Positions 19,050 through 28,309 of a DNA stretch of 64,000 nt are shown in pieces. The first letter of the stretch is position 1. Every line of letters begins with the position of its first letter. A model generated the notes under the pieces. That model was not told where the DNA came from. It saw nothing but the letters and a program-made list of their open reading frames with translations, and made no database searches. The DNA lies in sequence record OQ992562.1; one strand, given 5' to 3'. The translations under genes were made by a program, and so were the position numbers.

Positions 19050-19112
19050 ATTCAAACCATTTTAAACAGTATATTACTAACTTGATATTTAACCTTCAAT
19101 TAATGTAAAAAG
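19050..19112 (+). repeat. Early promoter plus 5' UTR module, repeated at 20901-20962
   Basis: TTTAAACAGTATATTACTAACTTGATATTTAACCTTCAATTAATGTAAAAAG is the same in both copies. Confidence 0.85.
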
Positions 19113-19123
19113 GAATCTATACC

Positions 19124-19639
19124 ATGTTCGAAATTAAATTTTCTAAAAAAGAACAATTCCCTGGCCGTGGTCACTGCATCGAACTTTATGGTGATTATGT
19201 CACCGAGCGTGTATGGCATGCAGTGAAACAAATGGTTGAATGTAACATTACCAATCACGAGTTTTATAAGGCAAAAGAAGGTTTCTGTGTATTCTTCCAA
19301 GGTGGGCATGATAACCCTCATGGGAAATGGATCCTTCTGGAATTCTGGGTAGACGACATCGAGAAGACTCGTGAGTTCGTTCGTCTCTTGACCATCACTA
19401 TTAATCGAGTATTGACGGAGCGTTTTACTCAAATCTGCGTTAACCCTAATCAAATGGGTTATGCAGATGGGGCAGGTGCATATACTGTACTTGGCGAAAT
19501 CCATAAAGAAACTGGATGTCGTGTTAATTGGGGTAGTCCGACTACACCCATTACCTTCTATCCAGAAAATAACTTGGAACATCGTAAAGTACTCGACTTG
19601 TGTGAAACCTTCGAACTCCCAGTAACTAAATGGGTATAA
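19124..19639 (+). CDS. Early hypothetical protein, 171 aa
   Basis: AAAGGAA RBS after the promoter module. Confidence 0.8.
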   Translation: MFEIKFSKKEQFPGRGHCIELYGDYVTERVWHAVKQMVECNITNHEFYKAKEGFCVFFQGGHDNPHGKWILLEFWVDDIEKTREFVRLLTITINRVLTERFTQICVNPNQMGYADGAGAYTVLGEIHKETGCRVNWGSPTTPITFYPENNLEHRKVLDLCETFELPVTKWV

Positions 19640-19656
19640 TTAGAGGATAAAGTACC

Positions 19657-19893
19657 ATGTACATCGTTATCCACAGAGACGAGTCTGAAAGACATGAATT
19701 GACTGTAGGTGATCCTAAAGATCTTATCGCGATCTTAGTCATTCTGGAGAATAGTGATAAAGTCATTGAATATAAGGTTATCGATTCGGATGTTGGTGTA
19801 ATCAAGGACTTTAGATACTCATTTGGTTGGGGTAACGGGTTCTTCACTAAAAATGCAAAAGATAATTTTAACTGGAATCAATCGAGGAAATAA
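19657..19893 (+). CDS. Hypothetical protein, 78 aa
   Basis: GAGGA RBS. Confidence 0.7.
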   Translation: MYIVIHRDESERHELTVGDPKDLIAILVILENSDKVIEYKVIDSDVGVIKDFRYSFGWGNGFFTKNAKDNFNWNQSRK

Positions 19894-19895
19894 TA

Positions 19896-20108
19896 ATGGC
19901 TAACAGTAAAATCAGTGGCGAAGCTGTAATGAAATATCTACGTTCTCGAAATGACCACGTGGATTTTATGCGAGATAAACTGTCGGTTTACATTGAAAAT
20001 GATGAAGTGGTAGTTAAGATTATAGATACTACTTCAGGTGGTTCTGCAACACACCACTCAGGTTATGATGTAAACAACTTTGAAAGAACGTATGGTCAAA
20101 CTAACTAA
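19896..20108 (+). CDS. Hypothetical protein, 70 aa
   Basis: GAGGA RBS; coupled to the upstream ORF. Confidence 0.65.
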   Translation: MANSKISGEAVMKYLRSRNDHVDFMRDKLSVYIENDEVVVKIIDTTSGGSATHHSGYDVNNFERTYGQTN

Positions 20109-20209
20109 ATAAATTAGTAACACTTATTGGCGACATACACCCTCCCTTCGGGGAGGGCTTTATTTTCAATATAGATATATTTTTTTAATACATTAGTTGG
20201 AGTTTAAAA

Positions 20210-20542
20210 ATGTTTAATAAAAATTTTATCAATGGTATTCAAATTTTTGTTGCCGCAACTACTGTTGCTACAACCATTGTTAAGTTAGTCGAATCATACA
20301 ACAAATTAAATGAAGAAAAATCGGCTAACGATGTATGTAAGAAAATCCATATGGAAATCCATGAATTAACTAGCCTATTTATCGAACAAGATATACCTAA
20401 TGAAGAACGCTGTGTTAGGTTACGTAAAACTGTTGATACATTAGTTAATAAACACTGCTCTAAATTAACTGGCCGGCGGCGACTCAGGGCTGTTGCAGAA
20501 ATCACTCGACATGTAGATGACTATTGTCGTCTGTGGAAATAA
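20210..20542 (+). CDS. Hypothetical protein, 110 aa, hydrophobic N-terminal helix
   Basis: GGAG RBS. Confidence 0.7.
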   Translation: MFNKNFINGIQIFVAATTVATTIVKLVESYNKLNEEKSANDVCKKIHMEIHELTSLFIEQDIPNEERCVRLRKTVDTLVNKHCSKLTGRRRLRAVAEITRHVDDYCRLWK

Positions 20543-20623
20543 AATAATACATTCAAATCATTTTAACCAGTATATCACAAAAGTGTAATTAAACCTATTA
20601 AATCAGTAAAAAGGAATCAAACT

Positions 20624-20884
20624 ATGACAACTTTCCTGACTTTTAAATCTGACGAAGACTTGGAGAAAGAAGCAATCCGTCGTGCACGTGCTATCATGGG
20701 TTTCCGTGGTAACCGTGATGCAGCTACTCGTCAGGTATGCATCAATCCTGTACGAGGTAAGGATTACCGTAACTGGTTATCCCATAGCGCTACCTGGAAA
20801 GATGGTAACATTGTTGTTGATGAAGATAGTCTCATTGAGCTAGCCCGTGCCATCATTGATGAGACCTACCTGCACGATATGTAA
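20624..20884 (+). CDS. Early hypothetical protein, 86 aa
   Basis: Downstream of a TATATCAC promoter copy (20549-20578); AAAGGAA RBS. Confidence 0.75.
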   Translation: MTTFLTFKSDEDLEKEAIRRARAIMGFRGNRDAATRQVCINPVRGKDYRNWLSHSATWKDGNIVVDEDSLIELARAIIDETYLHDM

Positions 20885-20974
20885 TAACTACTACTCCCTT
20901 ATTCAAACATATTTAAACAGTATATTACTAACTTGATATTTAACCTTCAATTAATGTAAAAAGGGACTTTAAAA

Positions 20975-21124
20975 ATGAAAGCATTCGCACTAGTGGTTAT
21001 TGGTTTGACTTTTGGTGGACTGTTTGTAAACGCTAAGTTTGAAGAGCAAACTATTTCTAATGAAACTGTTATCCTCGGTCATCGTATCGGTCCCAATGGT
21101 CAAGAAATGCTCGTAACTAAATAG
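20975..21124 (+). CDS. Early membrane or secreted microprotein, 49 aa (MKAFALVVIGLTFGG...); not in the ORF track
   Basis: First ORF after the 20900 promoter module; AAGGGA RBS. Confidence 0.65.
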   Translation: MKAFALVVIGLTFGGLFVNAKFEEQTISNETVILGHRIGPNGQEMLVTK

Positions 21125-21134
21125 AGAAATAAAA

Positions 21135-21476
21135 ATGGAAAAGTCCGTAGCAGTTAAAGTAATCGACAACATGTGCCGTCCGAATATCGTTGCTCGCATG
21201 AATGGTAAACTGGTCTACCATGCTCGTAATGTAAAAATAGTAGAAGGTAAGGATCTATGGCCGAACCGCACTGACGTAGATGATGTTCGTGTACTGGTCG
21301 GTGAAGCCTTCCGTAACGGTGAATGGGTACCCATGCGCAGTTCTAGCCTGGTTAACGTAGATGCTGTTACCGGTGTATACGAAACCCTCAACTCTGTTTA
21401 CATTGCTCCGGATCTTCTGGGAAGTCTCTCGGTGGGTCCTGATATCTTCAATGATGATGCAACTTTGAAAGGATAA
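21135..21476 (+). CDS. Hypothetical protein, 113 aa
   Basis: Host-like codon use; in operon. Confidence 0.75.
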   Translation: MEKSVAVKVIDNMCRPNIVARMNGKLVYHARNVKIVEGKDLWPNRTDVDDVRVLVGEAFRNGEWVPMRSSSLVNVDAVTGVYETLNSVYIAPDLLGSLSVGPDIFNDDATLKG

Positions 21477-21481
21477 TCAAT

Positions 21482-21874
21482 ATGAACTTCATCAAAGAAA
21501 ACGCACTTGGTCTTATTGCACTGGCAGTTGGCGCAACAGCCGTTGCTGCCATCCTCGCGGTCAAAGCTACCGTAAAGGAAGACGGCCAGGCTGTAGCCGA
21601 ACAGATCGAAAGCAGTATCTCTGATATTCTTATCGATAAGATCTCCACCTACCGCAACAGCGAACAACATCGCAAGCTGGTAAGTCGTATTCGTCGTGAT
21701 CGAAATATCACAACGGAAGAGTTCATCAGCCGTATCCAGTTGGATATCGCCATGAACGTCCTGCCGGAAGTAGAAGTACTTCTGGAATCGCATCGTGACC
21801 AGGTAACCGAAGAAGAATTCGAACGCCTGGTAGCCAACCTTCAACACTTCGTACAACGGATCATTGCCAAATGA
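21482..21874 (+). CDS. N-terminally anchored protein, 130 aa
   Basis: AAGGA RBS; ALGLIALAVGATAVAAILAV helix. Confidence 0.75.
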   Translation: MNFIKENALGLIALAVGATAVAAILAVKATVKEDGQAVAEQIESSISDILIDKISTYRNSEQHRKLVSRIRRDRNITTEEFISRIQLDIAMNVLPEVEVLLESHRDQVTEEEFERLVANLQHFVQRIIAK

Positions 21875-22047
21875 AAGTAAAGATCGGAATGGGATTCATT
21901 GCAGTACTGATGGGTATCGCTGCCGCAGGTGGTGAGTTCTATTACGATCTCACTAAACCTGAGGGCAATGTATCTAAAGAGTGGTGCCAACACCCGGCTA
22001 AGCCGAAATGCACCATGTACGCATTCAACGTCAAAGAGGACAAGTAA
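21871..22047 (+). CDS. Membrane microprotein, 58 aa (MKVKIGMGFIAVLMG...); not in the ORF track
   Basis: ATGA overlap upstream, TAAATG coupling downstream. Confidence 0.65.
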   Translation: MKVKIGMGFIAVLMGIAAAGGEFYYDLTKPEGNVSKEWCQHPAKPKCTMYAFNVKEDK

Positions 22048-22650
22048 ATGGAACAGCGTCTCCTGAAAGCTTTCAAGAACATGGATCCCGTGTTCACGCA
22101 GAAACAGCACAACGAGTTGATCGATCGACGCGGTGCCGACATGGGTTTGACTGTTAAGGTCGACGCCATGCTACTGTTGATCAAGAACGACCCGGTCAAG
22201 TACAAAGACCTGGAAACCAAGATCATCGAAGACGCCATCGCCTTCATAAAAGGTGAGCGTTCCTCCGATATCGCCCTGGGCCTGTTCAACAAGATGGTCT
22301 ATCAGGACGAAGGTCCCGATGCCGTCGGCCTGCTGGAATACGCCAAGGTTTCCGAGTACAAGAACATCCACGTGGATGAGTCCTGTGCTTGGATCAACGT
22401 CTACCGTGACAAGCTGAAGACCTTCATGGTTACATTCATCTCCCAATGTGCCGGTAACGCTATGGTACGTTCGGAACTGAAGACTCTTCAACATCAGCGT
22501 TACAATATCGCTAAGCAGAACTTCCGCGACATGAACAAACCTGTGCCTGAAGGTACTGTGAAAGAACTGGCCAAAATGTACGGTAAATCCATCTCGGAAA
22601 TCCGTCGCATGAAAGCCGAAGGTCGTCTTGGGGAACTGACCCAAGAATAA
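22048..22650 (+). CDS. Hypothetical protein, 200 aa, C-terminal HTH-like motif
   Basis: VPEGTVKELAKMYGKSISEIRRMKAEGRL. Confidence 0.75.
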   Translation: MEQRLLKAFKNMDPVFTQKQHNELIDRRGADMGLTVKVDAMLLLIKNDPVKYKDLETKIIEDAIAFIKGERSSDIALGLFNKMVYQDEGPDAVGLLEYAKVSEYKNIHVDESCAWINVYRDKLKTFMVTFISQCAGNAMVRSELKTLQHQRYNIAKQNFRDMNKPVPEGTVKELAKMYGKSISEIRRMKAEGRLGELTQE

Positions 22651-22744
22651 TAGATGGGTCTCTTCGGAGACCCCATCTCAATGCGTCTTGAAAAGGATGC
22701 ATTGAGATGTACTCAACCCAATCAATCGTAAAAAGGAAATTACC

Positions 22745-23857
22745 ATGAAACAGTATCGTGAACCCGTAACCCGTCTGACCAAAGAAAAACTGGAATGGGT
22801 TATCAGCCGTCGTAAAGAAAGAAAGGCCGAACAACCTTTCGGTCGTGCCCATTTCCCTGCCGGTACTCGTGCTATCTTCGAATCCTGCTCCCTTCGTTAC
22901 CTGGATGAGAATGAACGTGTGTATCCTGGACAGCGCTACGAGACATTCGAAGCTACTGTTCTCGGCGTTGTGGCCAATGGTCATAACAGTTATGTCGCTA
23001 TTCTGGACATGCCCTGTGATCTTACTGAAAGCCGTAACAAGGCAATCAACGTCAGTTGGTGCCGTGGTATTGTATCGCGCGGTGAAGGTAATTTCACCTG
23101 GTTCAAAGAAGAGTCAACCGAGTATGATCGCAATCATGGTTGGAACATCCGTGAGAAACATCCGACTGTTCGTTGGGCAGAAGGTCCTCGTCCTACTAAA
23201 GTACGTAGCCTTACCTGGGCAGAGGAATTCGATTATAACCGCGCAGTAGATCCGGTATACATCGAAATCAACAAACATCACAGTCAGTACTATATCACTG
23301 ACATGCGTTCGTTTGTGATGTTCACTCTTCGGGAACATCCTGCTTATGCAAACTCGTTTAAAGATCATCTGCACAAACTGGACAAGCTAGTCATGGCGCT
23401 GTACTCCGATCCGACTATCAAAGCAGCTGAAGTAAAGCTGTCTCGCTACTCTGTTAGCTGGTTGATCAGCAAGAAGAAGTTCCATAAAGTCCTGCAACGC
23501 CTGCTTCCGTTCTACAAGACTTCTCGTCGTAAGGCGCAAGAAGAAGACGATAAAGCAATTAGCGAGATGTATGAGGCTGAACTGGACCGTGACCTCAGTG
23601 AACAGTATGGTGAGTCTGATGATACCTCGGATGAATCAAGCTATTCATGGAATGACAGCACGCCCCTGGATGATGATGATCTGAATGTGTTTGATATGTA
23701 CGACGACTCGGCATGCTCGCGTGAAATCAGTGATGATGTTCAACCCAAAACTATTGGTGAACTCCTGCGTGAAGCAATGGGGAACCCTGAAGAAGAGAAA
23801 TCCAAATTAGTTATTGGAAGTATGGAAACTCTTTCTAAAGCGGTTATCATCAAATAG
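22745..23857 (+). CDS. Probable homologue of phiKZ gp014 (early ribosome-associated factor), 370 aa
   Basis: Gene position and size as recalled; basic core and long acidic disordered tail. Confidence 0.5.
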   Translation: MKQYREPVTRLTKEKLEWVISRRKERKAEQPFGRAHFPAGTRAIFESCSLRYLDENERVYPGQRYETFEATVLGVVANGHNSYVAILDMPCDLTESRNKAINVSWCRGIVSRGEGNFTWFKEESTEYDRNHGWNIREKHPTVRWAEGPRPTKVRSLTWAEEFDYNRAVDPVYIEINKHHSQYYITDMRSFVMFTLREHPAYANSFKDHLHKLDKLVMALYSDPTIKAAEVKLSRYSVSWLISKKKFHKVLQRLLPFYKTSRRKAQEEDDKAISEMYEAELDRDLSEQYGESDDTSDESSYSWNDSTPLDDDDLNVFDMYDDSACSREISDDVQPKTIGELLREAMGNPEEEKSKLVIGSMETLSKAVIIK

Positions 23858-23929
23858 ATTACACGCAATAATGGGAGTCTTCGGACTCCCTTTTATTTTC
23901 TACATCGTAATATTTTTTTATTTAGCAAT

Positions 23930-23965
23930 ATATTCATAAACTGTAAAATATTCATAAACTGTAAA
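23930..23965 (+). repeat. Perfect 2 x 18-nt tandem repeat ATATTCATAAACTGTAAA
   Basis: Read directly, just upstream of the AAAGGAA RBS. Confidence 0.9.
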
Positions 23966-23979
23966 AAGGAAGATATCTC

Positions 23980-24981
23980 ATGATCATCAATGCAACCATC
24001 ACTCGCGCAATGTTGAGTGCTCAAACTACAGAATCATCGCTTCTGTTTATTCTGACACACCTACATGGCAGTCCAGATGCTACTTCGTCGGATATGAACG
24101 ACACCAAGCGCATTCTCGCCTCTAATGATCCTCTAAGTACCCTGTGGCAATGTGGTTGCCATTTGGTCGTATCGGAAGACGAACGCTGGTTCATTTCTCC
24201 ATTCGGTGATACTGTACGCCTGGCATACCAGCACAAAGTACGTGGTAGCTGGATTACTTTCGGCATAGACCTGTTCGATCCGGAAGAATCCGAATCGGTA
24301 CTATTGGCTATCCGTAGGCGGCTCCGCACCGGTTTCCCAGCAGATGAACTTGAAGTTAACTGTGGTATCAAAGGTTACCTCGAAGAAAGTTACGAGGTCA
24401 ACGGGACCGGTTTGTGGAGCGTAGGTCGGATCATTCTGGCTCTGCATCCCACCAGTCCTTTCCGTTTTGCTACTCTGGAACGTTTGTACGAGATTGCTAA
24501 GTTCCATAAGAACTACGCTGACATCGTGGATAATGTCGGGATCAATCATGATCGTAATTACCTGAATAACATCGTTGATGGAAAATGGGTGGTCGAAGAG
24601 AAAGATGCTCAAGCTGTATTGAACAGCTACTTCACTTCGATGCTGAAGTTATTCTTCGACCGTGGTTTCTACTATCAGGACACTATCGATGGCGGTAGGA
24701 TCGATGTTCGTAGCAATGAAGGATCGTACTACCTCATTGGTGGTAATGCCACTGTAAATACCATCAATATCACTTACCTCAGTGCTAACAAAATAGAGAT
24801 TCGTGATGGAGAATGGGAGTTTGCTTGGGACTGCAACAATACCGAATACTTCCCCATTGAAAATCCGGTAGATGCTCTGCTTGGTTTCCACAAGCGTGTA
24901 GACCAGGAACATATCTACATGGCTTCTGGTCTGGGTACTAGCCTGGAAGACATCCACAAGGTTCAACATATTCTAAAATAA
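23980..24981 (+). CDS. Hypothetical protein, 333 aa
   Basis: Long ORF with RBS. Confidence 0.8.
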   Translation: MIINATITRAMLSAQTTESSLLFILTHLHGSPDATSSDMNDTKRILASNDPLSTLWQCGCHLVVSEDERWFISPFGDTVRLAYQHKVRGSWITFGIDLFDPEESESVLLAIRRRLRTGFPADELEVNCGIKGYLEESYEVNGTGLWSVGRIILALHPTSPFRFATLERLYEIAKFHKNYADIVDNVGINHDRNYLNNIVDGKWVVEEKDAQAVLNSYFTSMLKLFFDRGFYYQDTIDGGRIDVRSNEGSYYLIGGNATVNTINITYLSANKIEIRDGEWEFAWDCNNTEYFPIENPVDALLGFHKRVDQEHIYMASGLGTSLEDIHKVQHILK

Positions 24982-24993
24982 GGAAAATTAATT

Positions 24994-25473
24994 ATGTCGT
25001 ATAGCTTAGGTATTGTCACTCGCAATAAGTCGGCACTGATTGTCACCAATGATTACAAATATGATGAGTTCGTTCTACTAAAACCGACCAGTGGTCTCAA
25101 GGTAGAAGGTCAGTTGGTGCAATTGGTCTGTATCTGTTTCGGTGACAAGGAAAAGCGTTCTCTGACTCACAAGATCATGACCAATGCTGAACAAGCAGAT
25201 TACACCAAGGAAGACATCCTGGCTATGATGAAGGAACACGGTGTAGAACTGCGAGTGATCACTGATAAGGCAGTTCATGTATTTCAGTACATTCGTGATG
25301 TGGCTATCCATGGTGTGGTTGATTCCAATAACACCACCTTCTGGTTCGGCGACACGGAACACCGAAAATTGTTTTATCCGTATTGCGGTATTGAAGGTAA
25401 ATCTTTTCATCATGCCCATCGTGATAAAGAATTGTGTCGGGTATTTGAGTTTGTCGCTGTAATCAATTGGTAA
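24994..25473 (+). CDS. Hypothetical protein, 159 aa
   Basis: AAGGA RBS; followed by the terminator at 25478-25510. Confidence 0.75.
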   Translation: MSYSLGIVTRNKSALIVTNDYKYDEFVLLKPTSGLKVEGQLVQLVCICFGDKEKRSLTHKIMTNAEQADYTKEDILAMMKEHGVELRVITDKAVHVFQYIRDVAIHGVVDSNNTTFWFGDTEHRKLFYPYCGIEGKSFHHAHRDKELCRVFEFVAVINW

Positions 25474-25529
25474 CGATATAAATACCCTCCTTCGGGAGGG
25501 TATTTATTTTGTGATTAGAGGAATAAAAA

Positions 25530-25673
25530 ATGGTAGGTTATCGTATTATTGCTTTTAATGGTACTCAGTGGGAATCTCCGAGTGGGTACACCATTCAGCA
25601 AGCGGTGAATGAGTTCCTAAAGAAATATGATTTACATGAATTAGATATTCGCAGTATTACCGCATTACACTAA
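25530..25673 (+). CDS. Hypothetical protein, 47 aa; not in the ORF track
   Basis: GAGGA RBS; MVGYRIIAF...ITALH. Confidence 0.6.
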   Translation: MVGYRIIAFNGTQWESPSGYTIQQAVNEFLKKYDLHELDIRSITALH

Positions 25674-25701
25674 ATCCAATTTTAAATAGGAATACGTATT
25701 A

Positions 25702-26094
25702 ATGAATTATAATGCAGAGAAATATGCCGCACTGCTAGTTTCAATTGCAGCAAACATTGACACTGTAAATAAACTCACCAAAGAAATTTTATCGTCTTCT
25801 GATAATAGGGATTTTCTCTATGATGTGCATCAAATGACTGACATGTCCCTCGCCAGTCTTCATACGCATCTAACTAAAGAAGTCGAAAAGTTGGTAGAAA
25901 CAATGGATCTAGTTAAAGATGGTCTATATGTCCAGGATGTTGAACTCATTAAGGGTAAGGGAAACTGGCGACATATCGCGGATAATGAACCTACCATCAA
26001 CGCTATTAAAGCACTGCGTAAACACATTGGCGAAATCAGTGCATTAGAAGCTAGAACTGTTGTTAAAGGTTACAAGGCAGGTGTCTTAAAATAA
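25702..26094 (+). CDS. 130-aa protein with a C-terminal ribosomal bL12 CTD-like motif
   Basis: TINAIKALRKHIGEISALEARTVV compared with the K-I-x-A-I-K-x-V-R...G-L-K-E-A-K-x-x-V pattern. Confidence 0.55.
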   Translation: MNYNAEKYAALLVSIAANIDTVNKLTKEILSSSDNRDFLYDVHQMTDMSLASLHTHLTKEVEKLVETMDLVKDGLYVQDVELIKGKGNWRHIADNEPTINAIKALRKHIGEISALEARTVVKGYKAGVLK

Positions 26095-26156
26095 CATCGA
26101 ATAGTATTAAGTCTATCTTCTAGGAGGTATACTTAATAAATCATGAGGAAAATATA

Positions 26157-26486
26157 ATGTCCAATATGAAAAAATCTAGTTTGAAAGAATTCTTCGAACA
26201 TATCACTCAGGCTGATCCATTTAATCCTTATTCCTTCATCTACTCCAGACCTATACAATACATTGGTGAAGATAGCGAGTACGCACTACATGTTACGTAT
26301 GTGCATGGTGCAGCTTACATTGAAGGTCTTGTTGGCCATGAAGGAATCAGAATCAATGTATTCTACAATAAACTCCAAGGTATTCAACTTTGGACATACT
26401 TTGATAACGAACCTCGTGTTGATTCATGGCCGTATTATCAAGTTGATGCAGCTTTAGAAGAAATCATCCGCCTAACTAAACTATAA
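26157..26486 (+). CDS. Hypothetical protein, 109 aa
   Basis: GAGGA RBS. Confidence 0.7.
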   Translation: MSNMKKSSLKEFFEHITQADPFNPYSFIYSRPIQYIGEDSEYALHVTYVHGAAYIEGLVGHEGIRINVFYNKLQGIQLWTYFDNEPRVDSWPYYQVDAALEEIIRLTKL

Positions 26487-26506
26487 ACTCTATTTATAAA
26501 AAATAG

Positions 26507-26725
26507 GTGAAGAAAATGATCTATCTGGGATGGTTTACCATTATCTTTGTTACAATGAGTCTATGTCTGTTTTATGTATTTTGTCACCGTAGTATTCGTG
26601 AATCACACCCAGGTGTAATAGAAAAACAGACTACTCGAAAAATTGTTATTTGGGCTGGTATTCTATTGGCACTCGCTTACTTAAATGAAATCAGCCGAGT
26701 CTATATAGAGCAGATGGTAACCTAA
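26507..26725 (+). CDS. Two-TM membrane protein, paralogue of 29204-29413
   Basis: Shared IYLGWFTIIFV and LAYLNEISRV. Confidence 0.7.
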   Translation: MKKMIYLGWFTIIFVTMSLCLFYVFCHRSIRESHPGVIEKQTTRKIVIWAGILLALAYLNEISRVYIEQMVT

Positions 26726-26782
26726 ATATTCAATAACTCCGAAATAATCAAAACTATTTAATATATCAAAAGGAATATTTCA

Positions 26783-27070
26783 ATGTTCGAAACCCAAGTC
26801 GCTCTTACTGATGAACTCAAACAGACTTTTGATCAGATGACTCAAGAATTCATCCGTGAAAAAGGTTACATCACTTGTGAATTCTCGATTCAACAAAAAT
26901 ACCTCGTGGCAGCGCACGACTACGTTTATGTGAAAAACCGCGAGCTGCCTTCGTATGGAATGTGGCGTATCTTCAAATGCGAGGCATGTATCAGCCATAA
27001 TGTGGATCATCCTTATCATGTCGAAATCGTGGCACTGGCGGCCATCGATACGAAGGAACACAATATCTAA
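26783..27070 (+). CDS. Hypothetical protein, 95 aa
   Basis: AAAGGAA RBS. Confidence 0.7.
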   Translation: MFETQVALTDELKQTFDQMTQEFIREKGYITCEFSIQQKYLVAAHDYVYVKNRELPSYGMWRIFKCEACISHNVDHPYHVEIVALAAIDTKEHNI

Positions 27071-27120
27071 CAACTGGAAGATATTCATAATGTCCAACAT
27101 ACTAAATGTGAGCCCACCGT

Positions 27121-27426
27121 GTGGGAACAAGAGAAGTGATTAACATTAATCATGATCTACCTATCTGGATATTACTACTGTTAAGTACAGCTACATCATT
27201 CATCTATGCCTTTGTAAAAACCTTTCAACAAAGAAACATCTTTCATGGGTACAAAAAAGCTGCTTTCTTCACCTCATGGGGTATCAGTACCCTTGAGTTG
27301 ACCACCATTGGACTATTTGTAATAGTGGGTCTTCCTGCTATCATATCCAGCGGTCTAGGTGGTTCGATAGGCGTCGTGTTGGCAATGACGTTCCATGATA
27401 AGATTTTTCGTAAAACAACAGAATAG
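27121..27426 (+). CDS. Three-TM membrane protein, about 100 aa
   Basis: Three hydrophobic helices; SGLGGSIG motif. Confidence 0.7.
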   Translation: MGTREVININHDLPIWILLLLSTATSFIYAFVKTFQQRNIFHGYKKAAFFTSWGISTLELTTIGLFVIVGLPAIISSGLGGSIGVVLAMTFHDKIFRKTTE

Positions 27427-27437
27427 GAAAAAACATA

Positions 27438-27776
27438 ATGTCTAGGAAACTTGGAAAGAAACATCCTCGCAATCATCACGAAGATGCAAAGAAATACGAA
27501 ACTCGGCTACGTACCGAGAAAGCTGAGTTGGCTAACTGCCGGCTTGGTCAACTGTACTCGGTTCGAATCCTGAATGATAACTGCTTCTTGCGTAATCGAT
27601 TCATGTGTCAGGAACAAGATATGTTCGATCCTCTTCGCTTGACCCGTGCTAAACGAGAACGTTATTTCAAAGGGGAGCGTTACTGGCTAAATGCCGCCGG
27701 CGCTAAGTTCATCCGTTCCGATTATGAAAAGAACTGGGCCAAAAACAAACGTAAGGAGATGGCCAATGAGCAGTAG
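27438..27776 (+). CDS. Basic hypothetical protein, 112 aa
   Basis: TAGGA RBS. Confidence 0.7.
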   Translation: MSRKLGKKHPRNHHEDAKKYETRLRTEKAELANCRLGQLYSVRILNDNCFLRNRFMCQEQDMFDPLRLTRAKRERYFKGERYWLNAAGAKFIRSDYEKNWAKNKRKEMANEQ

Positions 27777-27906
27777 TTATAATCCACCGGTGGACACCGT
27801 TGATGTCCTCCATATCGACTGCGAGTATGAAAAGTTCTCGTTTGGCAAGTTGTTCCAACGAATGATCGATCATTTCGGTGTTCGAAACTCAAGGCGTTCT
27901 TACTGA
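27766..27906 (+). CDS. Hypothetical protein, 46 aa
   Basis: AAGGAG RBS; TGATG coupling to the next ORF. Confidence 0.55.
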   Translation: MSSSYNPPVDTVDVLHIDCEYEKFSFGKLFQRMIDHFGVRNSRRSY

Positions 27907-28163
27907 TGAACTCTGACAAGCTACGAGGGATACTGACTGACCTCGGTATACTCCCACCTCGCTTTGTTGAGAGCACCGATATCCGTGTCGGCAACTTCCG
28001 ATTTCAGCGCTGGAAAACCCAGGTCCTCAAACCTGCTGCTCCTGGTTATCGGAAGTGGATTGACGTGGGTAGGTTAGAATGGGTGGAGGTTAAATACCAC
28101 CTCAACAAATTACTTAAAGAGAATAATCTCAATATCCAAGAAGAAAGTAATCGGTCTGGATAA
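27906..28163 (+). CDS. Hypothetical protein, 85 aa
   Basis: Coupled ORF. Confidence 0.6.
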   Translation: MNSDKLRGILTDLGILPPRFVESTDIRVGNFRFQRWKTQVLKPAAPGYRKWIDVGRLEWVEVKYHLNKLLKENNLNIQEESNRSG

Positions 28164-28309
28164 CCTCCGGAAGCTCCTGTCAGATCAACTCAACCCGCCA
28201 CGTCAGTTAACAGACGCTGTACGCGAGAAAAATCTTCACAGCAAGTAACGATATAAGGCCCCTCCCTTCGGGTAGGGGTTGTCTATTCATTTCTTAACAG
28301 GAAATTCTA

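Noticed and set aside
21398-24969. Many long antisense and alternate-frame ORFs (e.g. 22171-22644, 22511-22984, 22845-23249)
   Set aside because: They shadow well-supported + strand genes in the GC-rich region, where stop codons are scarce; no RBS support
28090-28248. Open frame with host-like codons running past the stop of 27906-28163
   Set aside because: No start codon and no canonical slippery heptamer; cannot support a frameshift product
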